Assembly: GCF_000284455.1 (NCBI RefSeq)
Contig: NC_017039.1
Location: 270,001 to 302,000, forward strand
Direction of reading: 5' to 3'
Origin: Synechocystis sp. PCC 6803 substr. PCC-P
GTDB lineage: Bacteria > Cyanobacteriota > Cyanobacteriia > Cyanobacteriales > Microcystaceae
DNA: 32,000 nucleotides
Positions 9,562 through 19,321 of the stretch are shown one piece after another (position 1 is the stretch's first letter; each line of letters opens with the position of its first letter). The translations under genes were made by a program, and so were the position numbers. The notes beneath the pieces were generated by a model. It did not search any database. It was given only the letters and a program-made list of their open reading frames with translations, and was not told the origin of the DNA.

Positions 9562-10087
9562 AGTGGGCAATGATGGTGTTGATGTTGGCCTGAATAGCGA
9601 GGAGATCCGTAGACTGAACAAAGCGGTTGGGGTCAGCGGCGGAGGCAAAGGTTCCCGGTGGTACACTGAGGGCTTTCCCCAACACAATGCCACTCATGGC
9701 CGCTCCCCCAATGATGGCGGTACCCATGCCCACTAAGTTGATGATTAAGCCAATACGAATCAGTTTGAGAATATCGGCCCGGCGGGGATGCTTAGTGGCC
9801 TCCGAGTCCTTGAGGTTACGCCCTAAGCGACGGTAGCGAGTGGAAAAGAAAATGCCAAACCCCAACAGGACAATGGAAATAAAGGCTGAAAGGATGCCCG
9901 CTTCAATACCTGTAGTGCGGTTGGGGCCACTTAGACTAAAACCAGCAAACAAAAACGTGACTACGGAAAAGGCTCCCAAAACAATCTGCACCCAAAAGCC
10001 GATATTGCCCCAGGTGGTCAAGTCTACGGAGGCCCGCAAGGCGGCCTGGGGAATGGGATTGGCCAATTCGGTGTTGCGTCGGTTCAT
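9512..10087 (-). CDS. DUF3611-type integral membrane protein
   Basis: Four predicted TM segments with FWVQIVLGAFSVVTFLFAGFSL and SALLSSLWLLDRLNK-like ending; pattern recalled from cyanobacterial/plastid DUF3611 proteins. Confidence 0.7.
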   Translation of the reverse strand: MNRRNTELANPIPQAALRASVDLTTWGNIGFWVQIVLGAFSVVTFLFAGFSLSGPNRTTGIEAGILSAFISIVLLGFGIFFSTRYRRLGRNLKDSEATKHPRRADILKLIRIGLIINLVGMGTAIIGGAAMSGIVLGKALSVPPGTFASAADPNRFVQSTDLLAIQANINTIIAHFTGLLSSLWLLDRLNK

Positions 10088-10126
10088 GGTGGGGGCATAG
10101 GCGTTGACTTGTAAGTATTTTAGCCG

Positions 10127-10951
10127 TTATCCGGCGTGATCGTAGTCCAGACTGACGGTGCCGGGGAGGATTATTTCCCGTCGTTGACCAATCAGCACCA
10201 CCAATTCTCCCTGGGCGGTGACGGATTCAATTATGCCAACTCCCTGGGTTAGGCTAATTTCCCGGCCCCGATGGGCAAATAATTGGAGATAATCTACCAA
10301 AATGCCTGCAATGCCTTCTCTTTGGTAACGATGCCAACCAAGGGTGAGCCCCGCCAGGGTAATTTCAGCTAAATCCGTCAGACTGTTGATACTCTGGATT
10401 GATTCCGCTTCACAAAAGGGCCCTAGGGCAATGCCAGTGGCTGGTACTGGGTTAGTCCAGTTAATGCCCACCCCAATGATGGCGGCGGTGATTCTGTTCC
10501 CATTGATTTTGCTTTCGGTTTTAATGCCAGCTAATTTTTTCCCCTTCAATAACAGGTCATTGGGCCATTTAACTTGCACTGGAATACCGTGCTGAATCAG
10601 CGCGTGGGCAATGCCCCAGGCACTCCATAGAACTAGATGGGGACCATAACTGATTGGTAAATCAGTGGCTAACCACAGAGATAGGTACAATCCCCCCGGA
10701 GGAGACTGCCAAGTCCGACCCCATTGCCCCCGGCCAGCGGTTTGTTCCCTGGCGATCGCCACTAGGGGCGGGTGATAACCCTGATGTCGTAAATCCCAGA
10801 GTATTTGGTTGGTGGAGTCGGTACAGGCAGGGGCAATGACCTTTAACCCAGAGAGGATATCCGGGCGGGCCAGGGATATAGGTTGGCCATGGTCTTCCTG
10901 CCAAGCTTGATCGAGCCAATCCCCGTTCCCAGGGTCACTGATTTCCGCCAT
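10127..10951 (-). CDS. birA: Biotin--[acetyl-CoA-carboxylase] ligase
   Basis: REQTAGRGQWGRTWQSPPGGLYLSLWL and VKWPNDLLLKGKKLAGIKTE...AAIIGVGINW are biotin ligase signatures. No N-terminal HTH domain. Confidence 0.93.
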   Translation of the reverse strand: MAEISDPGNGDWLDQAWQEDHGQPISLARPDILSGLKVIAPACTDSTNQILWDLRHQGYHPPLVAIAREQTAGRGQWGRTWQSPPGGLYLSLWLATDLPISYGPHLVLWSAWGIAHALIQHGIPVQVKWPNDLLLKGKKLAGIKTESKINGNRITAAIIGVGINWTNPVPATGIALGPFCEAESIQSINSLTDLAEITLAGLTLGWHRYQREGIAGILVDYLQLFAHRGREISLTQGVGIIESVTAQGELVVLIGQRREIILPGTVSLDYDHAG

Positions 10952-10969
10952 GGGAATTTTGCCCTGACC

Positions 10970-11380
10970 CTAGGGCACCACCAGCACTGGGCAGGGGGAA
11001 AGATTAATTACCCTAGCAGTGACACTTTCCGCCACTCCTTCGGTGGTGAGACCCAAACCCCGACAGCCCATCACGATTAGGTCAGCATTCACCTCATCGG
11101 CCACGTCACAGATGGTGAAAGAAGCCATGCCTTCCCGTTCAATGGTTTTGGTGGCAATGCCCTGTTGGGAAAAAACCGCCTGGGCCGCCTCCAGTAATTT
11201 AGCCACCGCTTCCGGGGAATCCATGCCATGGGCTTCGTGGTCTTGGCCGGGGGGATTTTTTTCCACCACTGACAGCAGAATTAACTGGCTTTGGTGGATT
11301 TTGACTAAATCCGCCACCATCTGGGCCGCATCCCTTGCTTCTCGGCTCCGGTCTAGGGGAAATAAAATGGTTTTGAACAT
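10970..11380 (-). CDS. Universal stress protein (UspA family)
   Basis: MFKTILFPLDRSREARDAAQ... and ATP-binding GCRGLGLTTEGVAESVTARVINLSPCPVLVV. The track ORF extends to 11446, but the family start is the ATG at 11380. Confidence 0.9.
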   Translation of the reverse strand: MFKTILFPLDRSREARDAAQMVADLVKIHQSQLILLSVVEKNPPGQDHEAHGMDSPEAVAKLLEAAQAVFSQQGIATKTIEREGMASFTICDVADEVNADLIVMGCRGLGLTTEGVAESVTARVINLSPCPVLVVP

Positions 11381-11506
11381 AATGACACCTCCGCTACTCT
11401 TACCAATAGCGCGATTAGGCGATCGCCAGCAATTGATCGACATCAAATTTTACAGGCATTGTTTGATCGGTTCACCAACTTTTGGCAAATCAAACTAATT
11501 CTGTAC

Positions 11507-12223
11507 CTATTTTTCCGCCACTAAAACCCCCATTAAACCAGCGGCGATGGGATAGTGGACAGCTTTGGCAAACCCGACTTCTAGGGCAAATTGTACTTGT
11601 TTAGGGCCAGTGGGAAAGCGGTCCAAACTGGGTTGCAGATAGGCGTACTCTTCAGTTAACCGCCATTGTTTGGCCATGGGCACCACCACATTAGCCAGGT
11701 ACCAACGCTGAAAGTTGGCCGCCAGAGCATTACCTGGCTGGTGAAAATCCAGGATGGCCACTTTCTTACCCGGTTTGAGCACCCGTTGCAACTCCGTCAG
11801 CGCTTGGGGAATATTGCCCACATTCCGGAGGCCGTAACCCATAGTAGCTCCGTCAAATTCATTGTCAGAGAAGGGTAATGCCAGGGCATCTCCTTGCAGC
11901 CATTGCATGGGCAAATGGGCATATTTACTTTTATGTTTCCCAGCGGCGATCGCCAATAATTCTGCACAAAAATCTAGTCCAACAACTTTTCCCCTAGTGC
12001 CCACCACTTTTGCCCCCTGGAAAGCCAAATCCCCACTGCCACAACACACGTCCAACAGGCGATCGCCAGGTGATACGCCGCTCCACTTCACCGCCATGGC
12101 CTTCCAAATATGGTGCTGGCCAAAACTCAAAAATGTGTTGAGGTCATCATACTGGGGCGCAATGCGGGCAAAAATTTGCTGTACGCTCTCCTGAGTCGGT
12201 TGGGTTAATAGGGAATTACTCAT
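11507..12223 (-). CDS. menG: 2-phytyl-1,4-naphthoquinone (menaquinone/phylloquinone) methyltransferase
   Basis: UbiE/MenG signatures: YDDLNTFLSFGQHHIWK, LDVCCGSGDLAF, DGATMGYGLRNVGNIPQALTELQRVLKPGKKVAILDF. Confidence 0.92.
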   Translation of the reverse strand: MSNSLLTQPTQESVQQIFARIAPQYDDLNTFLSFGQHHIWKAMAVKWSGVSPGDRLLDVCCGSGDLAFQGAKVVGTRGKVVGLDFCAELLAIAAGKHKSKYAHLPMQWLQGDALALPFSDNEFDGATMGYGLRNVGNIPQALTELQRVLKPGKKVAILDFHQPGNALAANFQRWYLANVVVPMAKQWRLTEEYAYLQPSLDRFPTGPKQVQFALEVGFAKAVHYPIAAGLMGVLVAEK

Positions 12224-12289
12224 CCAATTTCCAGATTGGTCAAGTTTCTTTTTAACTCGCCATGGTACTGATGTAAAGTTGGGGCTAAT

Positions 12290-12541
12290 TTAAGGGCGAA
12301 GTACCGATTGTTCCAAAACCTCCCTGATGTACTTTTGGTAATTCATTCCTTGAGCGCTAGCGGTATTTTTAACCGCAGTCAAAAGCTCCGATGACAAGCG
12401 CAGGGTAATACTTTTGTCCTTAGGGGCAAACTCAAAAGTTGTCTTGGTAAAGTTCTCTGGGACTAAATAGTCTGTCAAATCCTGCTCCAAAAGATCTTCT
12501 GCTTCTTGATCACTGTTCATTTTTGGTAAAGGCTTGTTCAT
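12290..12541 (-). CDS. brnA: BrnA-type antitoxin
   Basis: KDKSITLRLSSELLTAVKNTASAQGMNYQKYIREVLEQS is an RHH-like C-terminus directly downstream of a brnT-like gene. The track ORF to 12739 overlaps the toxin gene and is over-extended; starts at 12541 or 12520 are plausible. Confidence 0.75.
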   Translation of the reverse strand: MNKPLPKMNSDQEAEDLLEQDLTDYLVPENFTKTTFEFAPKDKSITLRLSSELLTAVKNTASAQGMNYQKYIREVLEQSVLRP

Positions 12542-12821
12542 ATTTTTGTACTTCTCCTTGATGCATATAACGGGCACTGATAGGGCGCAATAGAGTGTTT
12601 TCATCCTGAATACGTAAGGTAAAGACGACAAACATGGGCCTGCCAGAATCAGAATAACCAACAGCGAGAAACCTTTCTTCTTGGAGAGAGTGTTTAACAT
12701 CTGGCGCAATCCAAACTTGATTTTTGAAAAACGCTTCAATGTCAGCTTTGGTCAATCCGTGTTTCTGGCATTTTTGTTCGTTGCCTTCATCCCACTCAAA
12801 CCCATCAATTTTTGGATTCAT
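12510..12821 (-). CDS. brnT: BrnT-type toxin
   Basis: FEWDEGNEQKCQKHGLTKADIEAFF...ERFLAVGYSDSGRPMFVVFTLR...LLRPISARYMHQGEVQKYEQ matches the BrnT/COG2929 pattern. Confidence 0.88.
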   Translation of the reverse strand: MNPKIDGFEWDEGNEQKCQKHGLTKADIEAFFKNQVWIAPDVKHSLQEERFLAVGYSDSGRPMFVVFTLRIQDENTLLRPISARYMHQGEVQKYEQAFTKNEQ

Positions 12822-12983
12822 GCCCCCAGTTTAACAAATGTATGTACAATTGGCAATACTTTATTGATTTTCTCTCCACTCATGCAAGCATGAAGATAAC
12901 CAAATAGAAGAACCTAGGGTCTGTTATAGAAATTCTCCTTACTAGTGGAGTGATTTTCAGTTCCGCAATGGGATAAAAATTTC

Positions 12984-13025
12984 GTAACAGCCAATGCAAT
13001 CAGAGCCTCCAGAAAGGATTATGAT
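12984..13025 (+). promoter_or_regulatory. Putative NtcA-activated promoter of icd
   Basis: GTA-N8-TGC (12984-12997), then exactly 22 nt, then TATGAT -10 box (13020-13025), 34 nt before the icd ATG. Confidence 0.6.
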
Positions 13026-13059
13026 CTGCTCCGTGCCGTTTTTTCAATGACAATTTGCT

Positions 13060-14487
13060 ATGTACGAAAAACTTCAGCCCCCCAGCGTTGGGTCAAAAAT
13101 CACCTTTGTTGCAGGTAAGCCCGTAGTACCCAACGATCCGATTATTCCCTACATCCGGGGGGACGGCACCGGGGTTGATATTTGGCCCGCTACGGAATTA
13201 GTCATCAATGCAGCGATCGCCAAGGCCTATGGCGGCGAGAGGAAAATCAACTGGTTCAAAGTCTATGCCGGGGACGAAGCCTGTGAATTGTACGGCACTT
13301 ATCAGTATTTACCGGAAGACACTTTAACAGCGATTAAGGAGTATGGGGTAGCCATCAAAGGGCCTCTCACAACCCCGGTGGGCGGTGGTATCCGTTCCCT
13401 AAACGTGGCCCTGAGACAAATTTTTGACCTCTACACCTGTGTGCGGCCCTGTCGTTACTATCCCGGTACTCCGTCTCCCCACAAAACCCCGGAAAAATTA
13501 GACATTATCGTTTATCGGGAAAATACGGAAGATATTTACCTAGGCATTGAATGGGCGGAAGGTACGGAAGGGGCGAAAAAGTTAATCGCTTACCTTAACG
13601 ATGAACTGATTCCCACAACTCCAGCTTTGGGCAAAAAACAAATTCGCCTCGACTCTGGCATTGGTATTAAACCGATTAGTAAGACTGGTTCCCAACGGTT
13701 GGTGCGGCGGGCTATTCTCCATGCATTGCGCTTGCCGAAAGCAAAACAGATGGTGACGTTGGTCCATAAGGGCAACATTATGAAGTTCACCGAAGGGGCG
13801 TTTCGGGATTGGGGTTACGAGTTGGCTACGACGGAATTTCGGGCGGAATGCGTTACGGAACGGGAATCTTGGATTTTGGGCAATAAGGAAAGTAATCCGG
13901 ACTTAACCATTGAGGCCAACGCCCACATGATTGACCCCGGTTATGACACTTTGACCGAAGAAAAACAAGCGGTCATTAAACAAGAAGTGGAGCAGGTTTT
14001 AAATTCCATTTGGGAATCCCATGGTAATGGCCAGTGGAAAGAAAAAGTCATGGTCAATGACCGCATTGCCGATAGTATTTTCCAACAGATCCAAACCCGC
14101 CCCGATGAGTATTCCATTCTGGCGACCATGAATTTGAACGGGGATTACCTTTCCGATGCCGCCGCCGCTGTGGTGGGAGGTTTGGGCATGGGCCCCGGAG
14201 CTAACATTGGGGATAGTGCAGCCATTTTTGAAGCCACCCACGGCACTGCCCCCAAACATGCTGGTTTAGACCGGATCAACCCCGGCTCTGTGATCCTTTC
14301 CGGCGTAATGATGCTGGAATTTATGGGCTGGCAGGAGGCCGCTGATCTGATTAAAAAAGGTATCGGAGCGGCGATCGCCAATCGGGAAGTTACCTACGAT
14401 TTAGCCCGGTTAATGGAACCGAAGGTGGATAAACCCCTAAAATGCTCCGAGTTTGCCCAGGCGATCGTCAGTCATTTCGATGATTAA
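13060..14487 (+). CDS. icd: NADP-dependent isocitrate dehydrogenase
   Basis: [91 protein letters not shown]. Confidence 0.97.
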   Translation: MYEKLQPPSVGSKITFVAGKPVVPNDPIIPYIRGDGTGVDIWPATELVINAAIAKAYGGERKINWFKVYAGDEACELYGTYQYLPEDTLTAIKEYGVAIKGPLTTPVGGGIRSLNVALRQIFDLYTCVRPCRYYPGTPSPHKTPEKLDIIVYRENTEDIYLGIEWAEGTEGAKKLIAYLNDELIPTTPALGKKQIRLDSGIGIKPISKTGSQRLVRRAILHALRLPKAKQMVTLVHKGNIMKFTEGAFRDWGYELATTEFRAECVTERESWILGNKESNPDLTIEANAHMIDPGYDTLTEEKQAVIKQEVEQVLNSIWESHGNGQWKEKVMVNDRIADSIFQQIQTRPDEYSILATMNLNGDYLSDAAAAVVGGLGMGPGANIGDSAAIFEATHGTAPKHAGLDRINPGSVILSGVMMLEFMGWQEAADLIKKGIGAAIANREVTYDLARLMEPKVDKPLKCSEFAQAIVSHFDD

Positions 14488-14507
14488 TTTTCAATCAATA
14501 ACCCACC

Positions 14508-15080
14508 ATGATTGCTCACTCCCCATCTGCCCCATTTCCCAAACTTAGCCCAGAGGAATATTTGCAATGGGAAGAACGGCAGAGGGAGAAGCACGAATAT
14601 TTTGATGGGCAGATCTATGCCATGGGGGGCGGCAGTAAAAACCACAGTGTCATTAGTGTCCGCCTATCGACTTTATTTTGTAATCATCTTGATGGCGGTG
14701 ATTGCGAAATAGGTAATTCAGATTTAAAAATTCAGATTGTCAACACCCAAAACTACACCTGTCCCGATGTCAGCGTCACCTGTGATCCAAGGGATCGGAA
14801 GTCAACACAATTTATTACCTATCCCTGCCTGGTTGTGGAGGTTTTATCCCCCAGTACCGAAGCCTATGACCGGGGTGGCAAATTTCGGCTCTATGCCCAT
14901 AATCCCATGTTGCAGGACTATCTTTTGGTCAGCTCCACCAGTGTGGAAATTGATCTCTATCACAAAAATGATGACGGTGATTGGTTAATCCTCAATTATC
15001 AGGCCAGTGATCGCCTGGAACTGAAAAGCATTGGTTTGAGCTTTGCCGTAGATGTCATTTACCGCGGTTTAGCCTTTTAA
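14508..15080 (+). CDS. Uma2-family (DUF820) PD-(D/E)XK endonuclease-like protein
   Basis: SPEEYLQWEERQREKHEYFDGQIYAMGGGSKNHSVI...CPDVSVTCD...CLVVEVLSPSTEAYDRGGKFRLYA. Confidence 0.92.
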   Translation: MIAHSPSAPFPKLSPEEYLQWEERQREKHEYFDGQIYAMGGGSKNHSVISVRLSTLFCNHLDGGDCEIGNSDLKIQIVNTQNYTCPDVSVTCDPRDRKSTQFITYPCLVVEVLSPSTEAYDRGGKFRLYAHNPMLQDYLLVSSTSVEIDLYHKNDDGDWLILNYQASDRLELKSIGLSFAVDVIYRGLAF

Positions 15081-15143
15081 AATCCTAAAGGCGATCGCCA
15101 TAGATCCACCAAAGGACGTGCTAACCGATAACCGTATCAAATT

Positions 15144-15938
15144 TTAGTTGTTTTGGTTAGCAACAAACCGATTAACCAGTTCAACATCAATATCTAACTC
15201 CTTGGCAATTTCGGCGATTGTCAACCCCAATTTTTTCAACAAAGGTATAGTTTCTAGTTTTGCCTCCAGCCTTCCTTCTAATTTGCCTTTAAGTAAGCCT
15301 CTTTGTTCCCCTTCCTGTAGAATTTCCTGATAAACAGCGGATTCCTTCATAATTTCACTCCTTAGAATTGTCTTGATCAGCTCAGGGGTCAGCAGAATTC
15401 CTCCAAAAACAGAGGTTGCCGCCATGAGATTTGCCTTAACTCGATTATCTTCAATCTGTTCCAATGCAGTCGCCACTTCCCTCAATTTTAATGTAGGGTC
15501 AGAGGTCTGCGTCAATACCGCTAGGGGCAATAGCCCTGGGCTTTGGAGGAATATCTCCGAGGGGTGCTCCCAGAGCCGGATCGCTTGGTAACGGTGCACA
15601 GTCTCTCCCAACTGAAAACTATCCTGATAAACCAAGTCATTGTTACTACGTTTCAGGTAGATGACAAATTGGTGCATCGTCTTCTGGGGGAAACGGCGAT
15701 AAACCCTTACCCGATAGTCCAACATCCGAAAGCCCATGGTGGGGTCAGGCTCCGTTTGGAATTCCAGATGCAACACCAAGTCTTCCGATTGCTCCAAAAT
15801 CAGAGAGTCAGCCCGAATTGGCTCCAAAGATAGTTCCGTCGGACTCAGCTTAGTCAATTTAATGGGTCGTCCCAGTAACCAGGCGGCATAGTCTTCGGAA
15901 AAGGATTCAGCGAGGAATTTGCAGAGATTGTCAAACAT
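15144..15938 (-). CDS. Rpn-like / transposase-associated PD-(D/E)XK nuclease family protein
   Basis: LVLHLEFQTEPDPTMGFRMLDYRVRVYRR (E-x-Q core) and C-terminal ...QEILQEGEQRGLLKGKLEGRLEAKLETIPLLKKLGLTIAEIAKELDI, common in cyanobacterial members. Confidence 0.85.
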   Translation of the reverse strand: MFDNLCKFLAESFSEDYAAWLLGRPIKLTKLSPTELSLEPIRADSLILEQSEDLVLHLEFQTEPDPTMGFRMLDYRVRVYRRFPQKTMHQFVIYLKRSNNDLVYQDSFQLGETVHRYQAIRLWEHPSEIFLQSPGLLPLAVLTQTSDPTLKLREVATALEQIEDNRVKANLMAATSVFGGILLTPELIKTILRSEIMKESAVYQEILQEGEQRGLLKGKLEGRLEAKLETIPLLKKLGLTIAEIAKELDIDVELVNRFVANQNN

Positions 15939-16163
15939 AGCCGAATTCTACTGGTAATCTCCTAGAGATCCGCCAGGCGATCGCCAGAAAATTGGCAAAA
16001 ATTTAACAAGGTTAGGCGAGGAAAAACCTAGGTCAAAGAACTTATTCACATGGATAGAGCCCATTCTCTGACTTCTATAGGGAAAATCTCAAAAAAAATT
16101 CTCAAAAGTTTACAAAGTTTAATATAATCGGAGGAAGATCACTAGGTATTTATTCTTATTACC

Positions 16164-17843
16164 ATGTTGGAACACTTCCCCTGGCTGACAACGATGATTG
16201 CCCTGCCGTTAGTCGCCGCCCTCTTCATTCCGTTAATTCCCGACAAAGACGGGAAACAAGTCCGCTGGTATGCCCTTGGTGTGGGTCTAGCGGATTTTGT
16301 TTTGATGAGCTACGTTTTTTGGACTAACTACGACATCAGCAGTACCGGTTTTCAGCTCCAGGAAAAATTTAGCTGGATTCCCCAATTTGGGCTCAGTTGG
16401 AGTGTTTCCGTGGATGGCATCTCCATGCCCCTAGTGTTACTAGCCGGACTGGTTACCACCCTTTCCATCTTTGCCGCCTGGCAGGTGGACCATAAGCCCC
16501 GCCTCTTCTACTTCCTAATGTTGGTGCTTTATGCGGCCCAGATTGGCGTGTTCGTGGCCCAGGACATGCTCCTACTGTTCATCATGTGGGAACTGGAATT
16601 GGTACCGGTTTACCTCCTAGTTTGTATCTGGGGTGGCCAAAAACGGCAGTATGCCGCCATGAAGTTTTTGCTCTACACCGCCGCCGCCTCCGTATTCATT
16701 TTGGTTGCCGCCCTGGGCTTAGCTTTCTACGGTGATGTAACTACCTTTGACATTGCGGAATTGGGTCTGAAAGATTACCCGATCGCCTTAGAACTGTTTT
16801 TATACGCCGGTTTACTTATTGCCTTTGGCGTTAAATTAGCCATTTTCCCTTTCCATACCTGGTTACCCGATGCCCACGGTGAGGCCTCTGCCCCTGTATC
16901 CATGATTTTGGCTGGGGTGCTGCTGAAAATGGGCGGTTACGGCCTAATTCGCTTGAACCTTGGTCTGTTGGAAGATGCCCACGTTTACTTTGCCCCTATT
17001 TTGGTCATCCTTGGGGTAGTTAACATTATCTACGGTGGTTTCTCCTCCTTTGCCCAGGACAACATGAAGCGCCGCTTGGCCTACTCCTCCGTTTCCCACA
17101 TGGGCTTTGTGCTCCTCGGTATTGCTTCCTTCACCGATTTGGGCATCAGTGGAGCCATGTTGCAAATGCTTTCCCACGGTTTAATCGCCGCTGTGCTCTT
17201 CTTCCTGGCTGGGGTTACCTACGACCGTACCCACACCCTTTCCTTGGCCCAGATGGGTAACATTGGCAAAGTAATGCCCACGGTTTTTGCCCTCTTCACC
17301 ATGGGTGCTATGGCTTCTTTAGCCTTACCTGGCATGAGCGGTTTTGTGAGTGAATTGGCAGTATTTGTCGGCGTAAGTTCCAGCGACATTTACAGCACTC
17401 CTTTTAAAACGGTGACCGTGTTCCTGGCAGCTGTGGGCTTAGTACTCACCCCGATTTACCTGTTGTCCATGTTGCGCCAACTTTTCTACGGCAACAACAT
17501 TCCCCCTTCTTGCAATCTGGAGCAGGACAATCTGTCTGCTAATTCTGACCAAGAAGCGGTTTGTTTTGGCACCAGTTGTGTGCTCCCCGGCAATGCCATC
17601 TATGATGATGCCCGGCCCCGGGAAGTATTCATTGCCGCTTGCTTCCTGTTACCCATCATCGCTGTGGGACTCTATCCCAAGTTGGCCACCCAAACCTACG
17701 ATGCCACCACGGTAGCGGTGAACAGCCAAGTGCGCCAATCCTACGTGCAAATTGCGGAAACCAATCCCCGGGTCTATGCCGAAGCATTAACTGCTCCCCA
17801 CATTCCCACCACGGACTTTGCCACCGTCAAAGTTCAACCCTAG
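16164..17843 (+). CDS. ndhD2: NAD(P)H-quinone oxidoreductase chain 4 (NdhD2-type)
   Basis: NdhD motifs [69 protein letters not shown]; 559 aa with multiple TMs. Paralog number assigned from recalled gene neighbourhood. Confidence 0.92.
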   Translation: MLEHFPWLTTMIALPLVAALFIPLIPDKDGKQVRWYALGVGLADFVLMSYVFWTNYDISSTGFQLQEKFSWIPQFGLSWSVSVDGISMPLVLLAGLVTTLSIFAAWQVDHKPRLFYFLMLVLYAAQIGVFVAQDMLLLFIMWELELVPVYLLVCIWGGQKRQYAAMKFLLYTAAASVFILVAALGLAFYGDVTTFDIAELGLKDYPIALELFLYAGLLIAFGVKLAIFPFHTWLPDAHGEASAPVSMILAGVLLKMGGYGLIRLNLGLLEDAHVYFAPILVILGVVNIIYGGFSSFAQDNMKRRLAYSSVSHMGFVLLGIASFTDLGISGAMLQMLSHGLIAAVLFFLAGVTYDRTHTLSLAQMGNIGKVMPTVFALFTMGAMASLALPGMSGFVSELAVFVGVSSSDIYSTPFKTVTVFLAAVGLVLTPIYLLSMLRQLFYGNNIPPSCNLEQDNLSANSDQEAVCFGTSCVLPGNAIYDDARPREVFIAACFLLPIIAVGLYPKLATQTYDATTVAVNSQVRQSYVQIAETNPRVYAEALTAPHIPTTDFATVKVQP

Positions 17844-17908
17844 TGATCTAGTCTTTTGAGTTAATCAGACTACTTGAGACTACTGTGTGATTTTCTTAAA
17901 TAAATTAA

Positions 17909-17950
17909 ATAAAGGGGAGTGGGGGAATTTAATCTCCTGCTCCTTTTTTG
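17909..17950 (+). terminator. Putative intrinsic terminator between convergent ndhD2 and the MFS gene
   Basis: Imperfect stem between AAAGGGGAGTGGGGGA and TCTCCTGCTCCTTT, followed by a T tract. It overlaps the last codons of the minus-strand MFS gene. Confidence 0.45.
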
Positions 17951-19116
17951 TTTGGGACTCTGAATCCTTGCCAATATCGGGCACAAAGCAAGGTAGACAT
18001 TACCAACATTGCCAGTCCCAACCCCCCGTGCATCTGGCTGGACTGAGTTGACCAATAACGGGTAAAAACGTCCCCCGCTAGACCCACACAGCCAAAATAT
18101 AAACCGATGCCCACACCGGTCTGATTACCCTGGAGAATTTCCAGTAGCAAAGGAATTAAACCATTGTTTAAAATGCTGGAACCCAATAACCAGGAGAAGG
18201 CGATCGCCGGTAACCAAAATCCGTTTAACAAACAGAACAAAGTCAGCACTAAAAGTCCCAAAGCTGTGGTGAGGGATGCCACTGGATGACCTGTTTTACG
18301 GATTAACCACCCTGCAGGTAGGGCCATTAATGCCAACAGAAATTGCAAACCCATTAAGCCATTACTAATTCCCTCCAATTGTTTGGTTAAAACTAGCATT
18401 AACACCCTAGTGCCCCAGGTGGTGCCAATGGCAAATAGAGCAATATTGACCATGGCAATCCAAGGAAAAGCTCTCACCGTTGCCGGACTTATTGCCTCTT
18501 TCTTTTCAATTGGTGGTAAAACTCGACTTAAAAATAGGCTGGCCCCCAATAGCACTACTGAACCGAGTAAAAAAGCTGGTAAACTCCCCAAACTTAATAA
18601 CCACTTACCCATCGGTTGCCGAAATGTAGCAACTATCCCTCCCACCAAACTCAAAACTCCCATGGCTAAAGGCAGTTGGTTGGTTGGCGCACATTGACCA
18701 ATCAGCACCATGGTGGGACTACGAAATAAGGTCATAGCTATGGCCCAGGCGATCGCCAGGCTGGGGAGTAAGAACCGAGCTACGTTGGCAATGGGCAGGA
18801 AAAATACTAAGGGAATTAAGAGGAAAAAACCGGCGGCGAGAATCACCCCCAAGGAAATTAATGGGAATCGAGTGCCTAAATTTTGCTGTTGGCGATCGCT
18901 CAGGGCCCCAAAGAGAGGTTCCATCACCACCCCCAAAACCATTTCAAAGGTTAGCAATCCCACCACAAACTCCGGCGAGAATCCCCAGCCCTTGAGCAAG
19001 TCCCCCAGGTAAAGGCGGTAAGTTATCCACATCAAAGTTACTGAGCCCTGAACCAAGGCAATGCCCCAAACCCGCCGCCACAGAACCGCAGAATACTGAC
19101 CCATGGGTAATTCCAA
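17929..19116 (-). CDS. MFS-type transporter
   Basis: About 12 TM segments with EPLFGALSDRQQQ, TWGTRVLMLVLT and GWLIRKTGHPVAS: MFS architecture. Confidence 0.85.
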   Translation of the reverse strand: MELPMGQYSAVLWRRVWGIALVQGSVTLMWITYRLYLGDLLKGWGFSPEFVVGLLTFEMVLGVVMEPLFGALSDRQQQNLGTRFPLISLGVILAAGFFLLIPLVFFLPIANVARFLLPSLAIAWAIAMTLFRSPTMVLIGQCAPTNQLPLAMGVLSLVGGIVATFRQPMGKWLLSLGSLPAFLLGSVVLLGASLFLSRVLPPIEKKEAISPATVRAFPWIAMVNIALFAIGTTWGTRVLMLVLTKQLEGISNGLMGLQFLLALMALPAGWLIRKTGHPVASLTTALGLLVLTLFCLLNGFWLPAIAFSWLLGSSILNNGLIPLLLEILQGNQTGVGIGLYFGCVGLAGDVFTRYWSTQSSQMHGGLGLAMLVMSTLLCARYWQGFRVPNKKGAGD

Positions 19117-19321
19117 ATCCTATTCAAGGGGGATTTAAGTTGCTGTTGTTAACGTTGAAAACTATTTACCAATGCTTGCCACTGTTGGAGCCGAGCCTAT
19201 CGCATTTACTCCACCAAATCAATTGACTATTGACAGAATCTTGAACAATGCCTGGGCCAGGAACCGTTGCAACCAGTTACATTAAGAAATGTAAAGAAAA
19301 TTTCCCCACTGTCCTTTTCCC

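Noticed and set aside
11019-11498. 159-aa plus-strand ORF over the universal stress protein
   Set aside because: Antisense shadow of a conserved USP gene with Ser/Ala/Arg-rich composition and no motifs.
12681-12893. 70-aa plus-strand ORF between brnT and icd
   Set aside because: Mostly antisense to the brnT-like coding sequence and lacking any recognisable motif.
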